Shown here: positions 13,270-25,439 of the stretch, in pieces
How positions within the stretch are numbered: the first letter of the stretch is position 1
Layout of the letters: the number at the start of each line of letters is the position of its first letter
Assembly (NCBI RefSeq): GCF_006345805.1
Contig: NC_043009.1
Coordinates: 24,924,001-24,988,000, forward strand
DNA length: 64,000 nt
Source of the DNA: Octopus sinensis
Lineage: Eukaryota
Direction: 5' to 3'
Notes under the pieces: model-generated
The model's input: the letters and a program-made list of their open reading frames with translations, nothing else
The model's database searches: none
What the model was told of the DNA's origin: nothing
Position numbers and translations under genes: made by a program

Positions 13270-15264
13270 AGTTCGAGTATCACCCTCCCCGCCGCTTTAA
13301 GTACTCAAAAACATCATCAACAACCACCCTTTAACCACCACCACCACCTCCACCACTAACTTCCCATAGCTACTATACCATAACGAACACCACCAACTCC
13401 ACCTCTTCTAACTGCACTCATATACTACTACTACTACTTACACTAATTGGGTACCTTGGCCCTACCCCTCACTACTATGCTTATTGTTTTTATTAACCCC
13501 TCAACACTATCACTTCTTACTCCTACCACCACCATTAACCCCACCCCCACCCATCGTGGACATGATTTTTACCCTGGACACTAATGCCAACAACAATAAC
13601 AGTAATACTTTTTATCTACTACTGGCTATTCACTGCCCTCACCACCACCACCACCACTTCCAACATCATCATCATCATCGTCAGCAATATCAATCTGATC
13701 ACATAGCCCAAACCACCATCCACACCACCACCACCACCTCCATCACCATCATTGATCTTGTATGGTGGCTATCATTTCATCATGCATCATTAATCTCCAT
13801 CACCATCGGCCAGCATCGTCGATTATCATAGCCAATGCAACAACCTTGCACCCATCATCATCGATATTAACCACCGACAACAACCATGACCAGTCACGAG
13901 CAACAGGAAGGGCTAAAAAAGAAATAAAGAAAAGAAATAGGCGAAGGCGTGGTGGCTGTGTGGTAAGTAGCTTGCTTACCAACAACATGGTTCCGGGTTC
14001 AGACCTACTGCGCGGCACCTTGGGCAAGTGTCTTCTGCTATAGCCTCGGGCCGACCAAAGCCTTGTGAGTGGATTTGGTAGACGGAAACTGAAAGAAGCC
14101 CGTCGTGTATGTATATATATATGTGTGTGTGTATGTGTGTGTGGTTGTCCCGCCCACCGTCGCTTGACAACCGATGTTGGTGTGCTTATGTCCCCGTGAC
14201 TTAGCGTTTCGGCAAATGAAACCGATAGAATAAGTACTATGCTTACAAAGATCAAGTCTCGGGGTCGATTTGTTCGACTAAAAGGCGGTGCTCCAGCATG
14301 GCCGCAGTCAAATGGCAGAAACAAATAAAAAAAAAAGAAAGAAAGAAAGAAAGAAAGAAAGAAATACAAGGTACACACACCATTCTTGTTATACAGTCAC
14401 CACCACCACCACCACCACCACCACACCACCACCACCGTCACAACTCATCAGTCAATATCGCCCATCATCATCATCATCATTACCAATAACTTATTCACCA
14501 CCACCACCACCACCACCGCCGCCGCCGCTATAATCCCCATTACCATTCTTTAGAATACATCTTTTCTTCACACTTCCAACCAATTCCAGTCCACCCAATT
14601 TGTGTCGAAACTCAACAATCACTAAATTTACTATACCCACTTCTTATATATATATACATATATATATATATAAACAGGAACCGTCGCCACCATCCCTACG
14701 ATGGTACAAGCACCGCCAATAACCACCGCACGAAACAACAATACTACCACCAGCACCACCACCACCACCGCTATCAAAACATCAACAACAATGCTCACCA
14801 GCACCATCGACCACCACCACTTCCATAGTCCATCATTTAGACTGACCCCCCCCCACCTCTTTCCTCTTCATCTTTCATTCTTCACAGCACCATCCTCATA
14901 TCTCTCTCATCATTTATAATCAGACTCACCCCCGTTACGACGCCACCATCGCCATCCAACTTTACATCTCTCTACTACTACTACTACTACTACTAGTAGT
15001 AGTAGTAGTAGTGCTACTACGACCACCCCTCTCCTATACGCATCTCCTCACCCCGCTACCATTTACTACTCTCTCTCACCAGCCTCTGTTTTCTCCTCAA
15101 TTTACTTCTATTTCGCTCCACTCTCTCTTTCACGCGCGCACTTACACATGCACGCATAGACACACCCTCTATAGTCGCCACCACCACCACCTCTACGGCT
15201 CATCTACGTCCATCACTTCCGCTAACTCCAACTCTACCACAACGCACACACAAACACTCGCAAA

Positions 15265-15300
<36 letters not shown>

Positions 15301-15840
15301 TACACACAGAGCACCTCCCTTTCTTTCTCTTTCAAATATCACCGCCGCCGCCACCACAGCTCATCTACGTCCATCACTTTCGCTACTTCTAGCATCCACA
15401 CCCCACCCCTATCTCCCTTTCTGCTTTCCCTCCCACCACCACCACCACCACCGCTACAGTTCATCTACGTTCATCATTTCCGCTAACTTCAACTCGTATC
15501 CATCCATCCATCCATCCACACCACCACCACCACCATCATCACCATCATGACCATTAACTACTGCAACCCCTATTCCATATTCTACGTCCACCACCACCGC
15601 CGCCGCCGCCGCCCACACCTCTTCCTATTCGCTCCTCGCATCACCTTGCCATCATCATCAATTTCTCCGTCCAGCTTCTTCCCCCCCCTCTCTTTCTTTC
15701 CATCTTTCTCCGTCCACTTTCTTCTCTTCCCCCCCCCCCCCCACCAACACAACGATGTCCATCACTCCTCAATGCACCACCACCGCCACCACCACTACCA
15801 CCGCCACCACCACCACCGCTGCCACACTCCACAGCTCATC
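13270..15840. repeat. C-rich low-complexity tract of (CAC)n/(CAT)n/(CCG)n/(TAC)n
   Basis: Strong C>G skew on the + strand with many trinucleotide microsatellites. Confidence 0.9.
13939..14330 (+). mobile_element. SINE family A, full-length, CpGs intact
   Basis: Colinear with the 43243 copy from head to tail. Confidence 0.85.
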
Positions 15841-16181
15841 TCTTGCCACATCTGATGATGGCAGCTGTGAATAGAGCACAGCAGCAACTGCAGCGGCAGC
15901 AGCAGCAGCAGCAGTAAAGAGAGGGAGTGGGGAATGGGCGGGGAGGACACGGCCAGGTTAGAAGTGGGAGGAAAAGGGGGAGCAAGACAACAGGGATTAC
16001 TTTAAAGAAGAGGGGGTGAATATATATATATAACAATAATATAAATAATATATAATATATACATATATATAATATACATAATATATATAGATATAAATGA
16101 TATATAAAATATACATATATAATATAAATAAAATATAAAATATACATATATAATATAAATAAAATATACATACATATATAC

Positions 16182-16212
<31 letters not shown>

Positions 16213-16864
16213 GCATATATGGGTACATGACGACACCAACAGTAAACAACATGAAATACGAAAACAAATGAGTTAAAAACGTAAACAACGAGAGAGAAAA
16301 AAAGGACAACACATACAAAGAATGACCCTTCATCAGTTGTCGGCTGTCTATCTACTCCTCATTTCGAGCATTCAGCGACAATATGAGTCTTTGAAGACAG
16401 TTGCTCCCATAAATACCAAAATTAAATTTTGGATTTTATGGAGGGTCAAAGTTAGGAACAAAAGCAGGACAGTGGAGACGTATAGGGAAACCGAACGAAA
16501 AGAAATATGGAGGGTCGTTGGACCTGAACGAGGGGAAAACAGCGAACGCATCCACTCCCAAGTGTTGGCAGTATAACCACGAGCCGGCCAAAGCGTTCTG
16601 CGTGGACTTGGCAGGCAGAAACTGTGTAGAATCCCGTCGTATGTGTGTGTGTGTGTCCACTACCATCCGCTTGAAAACCGGTATTGCTATGTTTACGTCT
16701 TCGCAACATAGCGGTTCGGCAAATGATATCGATTGAACAAGTACCAGATTTTTACTTTTAAGGTACTGCGTTCAATTCATTCCATCAAAACCCTACGTGG
16801 CATTGCTCCAGTGTGGCCGCAGTGCAGTAATTGGAATAAGTAAAATGTAAGAGAGAGAACGAAA

Positions 16865-16930
<66 letters not shown>

Positions 16931-17559
16931 TATATATATACACATATATTATATTCGTGTATTCCCGGTTTCTTTTCTAATGATTTCAATTCATTGGACT
17001 GCGACCATGATGGGGCAGTGTCCTTCAGACCGAAGCAACCCATGTAGGTCCCCACTTTCATTCAGTTTTGAGGTTTTTCTCTGAAGCTAGCGTTCTAAGT
17101 TACCCGTTTTGGCTCGCATCGAACGATGGATACACATAAACCATGACGATGGCAGTGTTTCGTAGTCTGAGAAAGACGGTTCTGCTATTTCTTGCTGACC
17201 AAACCTGCACGAACGATTCGTTTTCGGGTTTATAGTGACCAAGTGTATGTGCCGCACATTAGCTCACAATCCCCATTAGATCGAGGTGCCTAAAGAGGTA
17301 CACGGCGTGCCACGCGTCAGGTGTGGAGGTGATGGCAGAGTAACGTGAGATGAAGTGTTTTGCTCAAGAACACAGCGCTCTGCCTAGTCCAAGAATTGAA
17401 ACCACGATGTCGCGACAGTGAATGCAACACTTTAACTTCTAAGCCATGCGCCCGCCACACACATAAATACACAGAACATATATACCCATGTATGTGATGA
17501 GTGTAGACATATACCACGTCTTCTACTTATAGCCCCGGACCGACAGATGTATTCTAAAA

Positions 17560-17890
17560 CAGTGGTTCCCAAGCTTTTTTGGGATGCCGCTCCCTTGATA
17601 CCCAGGCCACCTCAACTTACCATCACAAACATAGACCTCTTTCTGAAACAAATTCAAAGCAACTGTATTTCATAAATAAAACTTAACTTAATGAACCTAT
17701 TATTTTGTTGTTTTTACGTGAAATGTTACCCCATTATCGTCCCACTTTTCTTTCAACGCTCTCTTGGTAGACGAAAAGTGTATGAAAGTCCGCCATGTTT
17801 GTGCGTGTGTGGGTGGGGAAGCTTTTTAGTGCGGCGGGGGAAACTCCACCCCGCCCATAAAAATGGTCCACGGGCGGACCACAAGTTCTA
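17560..17890. mobile_element. Probable truncated hAT-type element
   Basis: Left end cagtggttcccaagc preceded by ttctaaaa; no matching right TIR found. Confidence 0.4.
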
Positions 17891-18258
17891 ACTCTTATAT
17901 CTGTGTAAATCTTGTAATACATCTATGTACAATTCGATATCCAATAAAGATAAGTTTAACACATTAAATTAACGCGTAACATCTTCATTAACATCGCCAC
18001 TGAATTTAAGATGTTTATATTGCCTATGAGGTATTCTATATTTTTCAGCGAGAATGTAGTTGGGTCTCAAAAAGGTGGTATAAATCGAGTAATATGTGTT
18101 TTATAGTGAAAACAAAATTTTCTTTCAAATTGCAATTACCGGACGATTTTCGGTTCGAATCGTAATGGAAACGCGACCTATGTTGCAAAAAGGCATACGA
18201 GTATTGTATAAATTTTATGATTGAAAAATTGACTATATTTTGTACATACGAGTATGCC

Positions 18259-18929
18259 CGAGAAAATCGATTAAAACTTTTCCTAATGGAATTTCCCTCT
18301 TTCTTCTGCCATTAAAACAACCAGTTGCTAAGAAGCAGTTCTCTGATGGGGTGGGGTCAGGAAATTTTCATATAGCTGGAGGCTCCAATCGAAACAGGGG
18401 ACCCGAAATGATAAGGTTGACAAACACTGTTATAGATTATGCCTAACCAAAAACGATCACAGCCACATCATGCAAACAGACCGGGTGAAACCGGGCTCAG
18501 CTGCTAGTCTTCTATAATATAAATTGGACATAGCGATCGTTGTATTCTTTCTTGTCTTGCGGTACACAGCCAAACAGCTGGGTGGATTCACGTGGGAAAT
18601 GGCACACATGTGGAGATGGGTGCATAGATTGGAATGCGGTTTGTATTTTTGTCCTAGCCCCCATAGTCACCGAGAAAATCGATTAAAACATTTTCTAATG
18701 GAATTCCCCCAGACTACGTACAAAGTCGTTCTTCACAACTCCTGAAGTTGTTTTCTGACAGGTGGGGGAGGGGGGAGTCAAGAAATATTCATACAGCTGG
18801 GGGCTCCAATCGAAACAGGGGACCCGAAATGATAAAGTTGAGAAACACTATTATAGATTATGCCTAACCAAAAGCGTTTCACAGCCACATCATCTAAACA
18901 GACCGGGTGAAACCGGGCTTAGCTGCAAG
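18259..18929 (+). mobile_element. Tandem non-autonomous Helitron-like elements (5'-truncated copy 18259-18507; copy 18508-18929)
   Basis: About 250 bp duplicated; subterminal ccgggtgaaaccggg followed by gctag; junction CTAG|TCTTCTATAATATAAA matches Helitron 3'-CTRR and 5'-TC termini. Confidence 0.7.
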
Positions 18930-18956
<27 letters not shown>

Positions 18957-18960
<4 letters not shown>

Positions 18961-19177
18961 GGTTGGCTAGAGGTCACCCGACAGTAAATCAAAATTCCAT
19001 AAATACTATCGTAATTCTGTATTGACTCGAATGGGAGAATGTGTCACTCAAGAAGGACTTCAGCTTGAGCAATTTCCATGATGTTTCATATTTAGATGCT
19101 TTTATTAAATTCATTGAGTTGTTAAACACAAAAATAAATCTTGAAATTAAATGGTTTTGATTTACTGTCAGATGACC
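18957..19177. mobile_element. Tc1/mariner-like MITE, right TIR truncated
   Basis: TA-cagggttggctag start; 18972-18994 is the reverse complement of 19155-19177 with 2 mismatches. Confidence 0.7.
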
Positions 19178-19416
19178 GTGTGTGTGTGTGTGTAAACAAT
19201 GTTTGTATGTTCACTTTCTATCGTGTTTGGTCCCTTGTTCGTCTGCTCGGTATTTCCCGGTGGCTTTCCGTCGCTGGCGCCAAAGGGGAGTAATATTATC
19301 ATTAAGAGTGTGAAATTGCTGCAATCTTTTGGACGCTAACTGACGAGAATTGTTTGTGCTTGTCTGGCAGTCGCCATGATAGATCGTTAGCAACTACACA
19401 CATTTTTTCTGTATCC

Positions 19417-19452
19417 CTTTCTGTAGACGAGCGTAGGCTCGAAACGTAAAAG
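19417..19452 (+). ncRNA. Atypical minimal hammerhead-like motif (core CUGUAGA plus one extra nt)
   Basis: cttt-CTGTAGAC-gagc(gtag)gctc-GAAA-cgT-A-aaag. Stem I cttt/aaag, stem II gagc/gctc, palindromic stem III ACGT, GUA triplet; core has A6->U and one inserted base. Confidence 0.55.
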
Positions 19453-19571
19453 ACTTTTTCTATTCCTGAGCGTTATACTAATACTTATGTTTGTTTTGTA
19501 CACCACCTGTTTTCGTCTTTTGTTTTTTTCGTAAACTCTCCCTATATATAGTGTCTTTTGAACACCACACC

Positions 19572-19619
19572 GTCTCTGATGAAGGGATATCCATAATATC
19601 CCAGAAACAGCTGTAAGAC
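19572..19619 (+). ncRNA. Minimal type I hammerhead ribozyme motif (candidate) in a Penelope/retrozyme-like repeat
   Basis: gtct-CTGATGA-a-gggatat(ccata)atatccc-a-GAAA-cagctgT-A-agac. Core CUGAUGA 19576-19582; 7-bp stem II (closed by an A.A mismatch); GAAA 19604-19607; palindromic stem III ACAGCTGT; GUA cleavage triplet; stem I gtct/agac. Confidence 0.75.
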
Positions 19620-19673
19620 TATTTCATTATAAATGTTCTGAAAGCTCCTCACAGCCTTGGATTTGTTATCTCA

Positions 19674-19730
<57 letters not shown>

Positions 19731-22084
19731 GAGAGAGAGCAAGAAAAGGGGGACAGAACGAGACAGATGGAGGGTTTATGTATGAAATGTTACCAACACA
19801 AATTTCGTATCCACCCTCACTTTCCCACTCTGAAAATCCCATCATTCAGTCATCAATCTATTTCAATCCAGTTATACTTTTGTCTGTTGTCTCACATCAC
19901 CACCACTACAACAACAACGACAGCAACAACAACAAAAACAACTACACACAAAAGCACCCTCTCACTGCTCGTTTACACCTCTCACTCCTTTCTCTGCCGC
20001 AGCTCCTCCTCCTCCTCCCACCTCTTCTTCTGAAACAAACACCTCCTCATTGTTTATTTTTCGCAACTTTTGCTAGACTTGTGATGGAAAAGTGAGGAAA
20101 GGGCAGAGTAGGGCTTCAACAACAGAATATCAACTCCTTCTGTCCCTCTGCCCCTCCCTCTTTCTGTCTCTCTGTCTCTCTTTCTCTCTCTCTCTCAGAT
20201 TCATGAACCACCTTCATGATAAATGCAAATTCTTACTTTCCGGAGTAAAAGATACCAGACCCCCCCCACACACACACACACACGCAAACAAACAAACAAA
20301 CAAACGTAAAGTAAAAAAGAAGAGGAGGAGCAGGAGGAAAAGAAACAAGAAAATAATGAAGAATATGAGATTATAAACAAAAGAATAAAAATGAATGACA
20401 ACAACAACAACAACAATAATGGTAACTAACAACAATTACATTAATTATAGCAACAGCAGCAACACCTACAGCAGCAGCAGCAGCGAACAGCAGACAACAA
20501 CAACAACAGCAGCAATACTAACACAGCCAGTAGGAACAACAACCAATAGCAACAAGAACAAAGAAACAACAACAACAATTTAGTGTAAAAAAAAAAGAAC
20601 AAAGTGCAAAGTAAATAAATAAATAAATAAGAGGAAAGAAGTGGGGGTCCTTGGCGTCGGGGGTTGGTAGGAAATAAGGGTTTTTGGAAAGAGAAAAGTA
20701 AAAATAAAAAGACAATAAGCCCATTTGTAGGGAGAAAAGAGTTAGGGGGACAAACGTTTATGATGTATATTTGAGTATTATTATTATTATTAGTAGTATT
20801 ATTATTATTATTATTATTGTTGTTGTTGTTGTTGTTATAAGCCCTCAGGCATTTGTGTAGAAGCCTTATTGGGTGTTTTCTTTTTTAAGTGTATAGGGGC
20901 AGAGAGAAGACGGGTCTATTTGTGGCTTAGATTATTTAAATATTAAAGTTTATAATTATGAAGAAGAAGAAGAAGAAAAAAAAAAGGAGGGGGTGTTTAT
21001 GTTTACGTGGAAGGGTAGGTAGGTGTTTAAAGCTTAAGAAGGTGCAACATATCAATAAGGTACAAAGAGGAGAAAAATGACGCTGATTATACACACACAC
21101 AAACATACACACATTTATCTATCTATACGCGCCGATCGGAGAAAAATTGAATTTTTAATACACTATTTCCCGTTTCATTTCTGAATTTGGTCTGAAATTC
21201 GTGTGTCGAATTTGTGAATTGAAACAAACTTCGTTGTGAATTGTGTTGAATTTGTGAATTGAAACAAATTTCGTTGCATTTCGGTAGGGTCATTAGGCCA
21301 ATAATAGACACACGCACTGGTTCAATTTCACTTCCATATTATTTCTTCGTTCGTTCGTTTGATTAATCATTCGGTTAATGAAACATTTATCTATGATTCT
21401 TTAATGTCTTGTAGGTTACACAATGGAATGGCCGAAGGTAGAGCGGACACCATTATTAGGCCGCGTTTAAGGTATCACCTGCTCTTAACCTGATGTAGTA
21501 TGGTTTCAAGCGAAACACTTCGTGAGAAAAAAAGAAAGAAACTAAGCTTCCAAAACAGCGGTTTTCAAGCGCGGTCCCCAGAGTCATATGCAACCCTCAA
21601 GCATGCTTTCGGCATGGCGCTGCCCCAGCATGGCCGCAGTCAAATGACCGAAATAAGTAAAAGAATATCGTATACAGGGTGTTCATAAAGTATCTCGACA
21701 TCTTCCACAAATCATTGTGTCACGTGCTATCAATGGAGCCCACATCACAGGCTCAGAAACGGCGGGGAGGGGGGGGGAGATTTGCAAATGCACCCCCTAA
21801 AATTTCTTGGGAGTAGTGAAAACTGGGTTTGTATCCCCACCTTCCCAGCAAATTTCGTTCCCGCACTTATGGGCCACGTAGAAGTGTTCCGATGTTCCTA
21901 ATAAAGCGATTTGTTTGCCAGTTTTCCAATAAACTCCGCAAAAGAATCCTTATTTTTCATTTTTCTATGAATTTTTCAAATTGTAAAGGTAATTCAGGGA
22001 CAGCCTGTATGATGCTTGGAAGCGAAGGAAACGTGTCCTTTGGATCACATGTGATACACAAAAGAAGCAAAGCATTGACAAAAT

Positions 22085-22490
22085 CTTGAAACTTAGGGAT
22101 ATTACCTTTTCTCAATTTACAGTTCTATATTTAAGAGATGAGGAATTATGTACATTATTTACATTTGACGGATATTTGTCCTCATCTTGTTTGTTGTTAC
22201 CTTCCAGCCTTCTTCGGGTGTCTTGGGAAAATTTCAAACTTGGCTTCTCATTCCTAAGGTATTTTTCGATGCTATCATTATCATCATCATTTTTATTATT
22301 ATTATTATTATTCAGGTCACTGCTTGGAATTGAATCTTGAGTTTAGTAGCCCGCGCTCTTAACCACTACGCTATATGCCCGTGAGCATATGAACCCCAAG
22401 ACTCCGAGTTCGATTCCAGGCAGTGACCTAACTAATAATAACAACAAACAAGATGGGGACAAATATCCGTCAAATGTAAATAATGTTCTC
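22085..22490. mobile_element. Head-to-head pair of a fourth tRNA-derived SINE (family D) forming a foldback
   Basis: 22152-22198 is the reverse complement of 22440-22486 (1 mismatch); 22314-22334 pairs with 22409-22429 (tRNA B-box-like ttcgattcc). Confidence 0.7.
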
Positions 22491-22734
22491 TCAATTTGTT
22501 GCATTAAGATTTTAAACAAGGACCCAATTCGGACAAAATTTTACATAGAACTGTCATGAGACCGGAGCTAAACACGGCTTCCATAGCGAATAAGTGATTG
22601 TGGTTCGACCCCGTTGTCCAATTAATACGATACTGGTCCATTACAGAAATACATTTTAAATATTGACAAAAGCCGAGAGGAATTCCTTTTGAAAAATGCT
22701 GGGTATCAGAAGGAAAAAATGAATAGGAGCAGGC

Positions 22735-23090
22735 ATGGCCGGGTGGTTAAAAGCTCGCTTTGTAAGCCATATTGCTTTGGATCCCACAACGTGGCACTTA
22801 AGGGGAGTGTTTCATACTGTAGCTCCGGGACCAGTGTCTTGTGAGTGAATTTGATAGACGGCAAACTGTGGAAGCCAGTCATGTACGTGCGCGCGTTTGT
22901 CCCCGCCACTACCGCTTGACAACCGCTGTTGGCGTGTTTATATCCCCGTAACTTAGCAGTTCAGCAAAAGGGACCGAACGAATAAGTACCAGGCTTTAAA
23001 AAGAAAAAAAGTACTGGGGTCGATTCGTTCGACTAAAAATTGTTAAAGGTGATGCTTCAGCATGGCCGCAGTGTAATCACTGAAACAAGC
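22735..23090 (+). mobile_element. SINE family A, diverged
   Basis: Colinear head, body and tail motifs. Confidence 0.7.
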
Positions 23091-23879
23091 CCAAAATAAA
23101 CAATAAAGCAACAGACCTAACCACAAGTGGTTTCGTGAAACCCCGTGGGCCGAAGTGTATTTATTTGCAATGCTTGAATTCCACCAGCCCCTCACACTCG
23201 ACTGTTTTATTTAGTCAACAACAAGAAAGGACATACACATCACTGAAAAACCTGCAAACGTTACCTTTATATAGAGATAGCAATTTTACATCCAATTAAC
23301 CGTGTTACCAATGAGTGGAATGGCTTAGTCTAGTCGCGGTTTGTTTTGCACAAACGAACACATATACATACATACACACCCAAACGCACACACACTTATA
23401 TACACGAACACACATTCACACAAACGGACACATATACACACACACCAACGCACACATACATACACATGCGTACACACATATACATACATTCGCACAAACG
23501 GACACATATGTACACACACTCACACTCAATCGCACTATATACATTATGCACGCACACACACACACACACACACACACAGTTCTATAACAATTTTTTCCAA
23601 ACTTGCTTGGATGGAATTGTTCTTAAGTGTAAATTGTTGCTTTCGCGGTTGATTACCTTCCCTCCCGTTAACCATTCAACAGTGAAAGTACTTCTCTATT
23701 TGAAATTACTTACACACACACACACGAAATGATCAGACACAAGATTTTATACGTCGAAACACATTCTAAAGTAAAACATTCTGAAGTAAAACAAAAAAAA
23801 GATGAATATTTCCATGTCTGTATTTTGTGAAAATATCTGGCCTTATTGAGGAGTCAAAGAAAGTGACCCGTGGTATTTG

Positions 23880-24398
23880 TTCTAGCTCATTATTCGATTG
23901 GTACTTTATTTTTATCGACCCCGAAAAAATGAGAAACGAACCTCCGTAGAACTTGAATTCAGAACGCAAAGTCGGATGAAATGCTACTCATTTGGTAACG
24001 ATTCTGCCGGATAATCCTTTCTGCTATAGACACGCGGCCAGAAATTTTGTGGGAAAGAGCTGGTCGGCTACATTGACCCTAGTATTCAACTGGTACTTAT
24101 TTTAACGACTCCGAAAGGATGAAAGACAGATTTCGACCTCGGCATAATTTGAACTCGCAGCGTATGGACGGGCGAAATGGCGCTGACCATTTTGTCTGGC
24201 GTGATGCCTATTCTTCCAGTAATTTCGCGGAGGGAGTAAGTCGATTACATCGACCTCAATGTTCAACTGGTACTTATTTTATCGACTGCGAAAGGATGAG
24301 AGGAAAGTCGATCTTGGGGGAATCTGAACTCAGAACAAAAAAACGGACGAAATACCGCTAAGCATTTCGTCCAGCGATTCTGCCAACTCGCCGCCTTA
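23880..24398 (-). mobile_element. Three tandem SINE family B copies
   Basis: Motif tggtactt...atcgac...aaaggatga...gaactc recurs at about 23900, 24090 and 24270. Confidence 0.75.
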
Positions 24399-24844
24399 AT
24401 AATAATAATGATGATGATGATGATGATTTCTTTATTAACCATAAGGGTTTACATAGAAAAAAAAAACATTGTGGGCAGTGCAGGATAAAACAAAGTGTGT
24501 GTATGCGTGTGTATGTGTATGAGTGCGTGTTGGTTTTGCGTGTAAACAAATTTTAAATAATCAACAATGTGTGATCTTCAATAGGGAGGGACGTTTAAAA
24601 TAAAATACTTTAGAAATCAGAGAGAGATAGAGAGAGAGAGAGAGAGAAAGAGAGGGGAGAGAGACAAAGTGTGAGGGAGTGAGGCACAGAGTCCAGAAGT
24701 CCACCGGACATCAAATATCCTGAAACTATCGGCTGGTAGAAGACTTTATGAAGAGTTATAAGCAAAATAGATATTCCTGTGTGGGTCTGCCCGCAGATCT
24801 GAAGTTAATGTACAGGTACGTTTGTGTGTGTATGATAATTTATA

Positions 24845-24930
24845 AACATTGAAGCATTTTAATTTAACAACATTGAAACATTTCAGTTTGTCAACATTGA
24901 AACATTTTGATTTGTAAACATTGAAACTTA
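24845..24930. repeat. 24-bp degenerate tandem repeat (aacattgaaacattt...) x4
   Basis: aacattg at 24845, 24869, 24893 and 24917. Confidence 0.85.
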
Positions 24931-25089
24931 TAACGATGTTTTTCTAATTTTACACTTTTACCATTGATAAACAAAAAAATATTGTTGAAACTAGTTTGGT
25001 ATATATGTGAATAAATGTATTTTAAAAATTTACGAGTCTTTGAAATTTAAGTGCATTTTCAACAACACATTTTCCTAAAAAAAGAAAAG

Positions 25090-25132
<43 letters not shown>

Positions 25133-25439
25133 AAAGAAGGCAAATACAAGTGTAACAAACACAAGCATCGAAGGGACAATACACAATTGATATTTATAGG
25201 CTGAGGCTCTAAGTAAGAATAAATGTCAAATCGCAAAAGATATAAAGTTTCGGATAAGCCCAGGAGAAACAGGAACAAGCAAGAAAACAAGAAAGGAGAA
25301 GAAAAAAAGAACCAGGAAAAAGCCGCAAAGGGAATTTGGTTCATGCGTTCAACCGCTGACTGTATGTATATGTAACTATCACTATATAAAGGTATGTGAT
25401 TAAATATATATTTTTAAATGTCAATTATTCGGTAGCCAT

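Larger units (their letters stand above)
19195..19680 (+). mobile_element. Two abutting Penelope-like/retrozyme-like repeat fragments, each ending at (TA)n and each carrying a hammerhead motif
   Basis: First piece ends ctctccc-tatata (~19545), second ends at (TA)n 19678. Part of the first piece (gccatgatagatcgttag...ctgagcgttatactaatac) recurs at 4325-4450. The association of hammerheads with Penelope-like elements is established knowledge. Confidence 0.55.

Noticed and set aside
16325-16340. Minus-strand CTGATGAaggg in a Penelope-like fragment
   Set aside because: No downstream stem II/GAAA partner; at most a truncated relic.
21415-21471. 57-nt putative exon (tcttgtag|...aag|gtatca) and 10-nt micro-exon near 41071-41080 (ttcttgctag|agaaggaaag|gtgagc)
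   Set aside because: Splice-like signals alone, with no recognisable peptide or partner exons.
22314-22430. tRNA gene candidates (B-box-like ttcgattcc, ggttcagtccc, gagttcaaattcc throughout)
   Set aside because: All are SINE heads without a complete cloverleaf or terminator.
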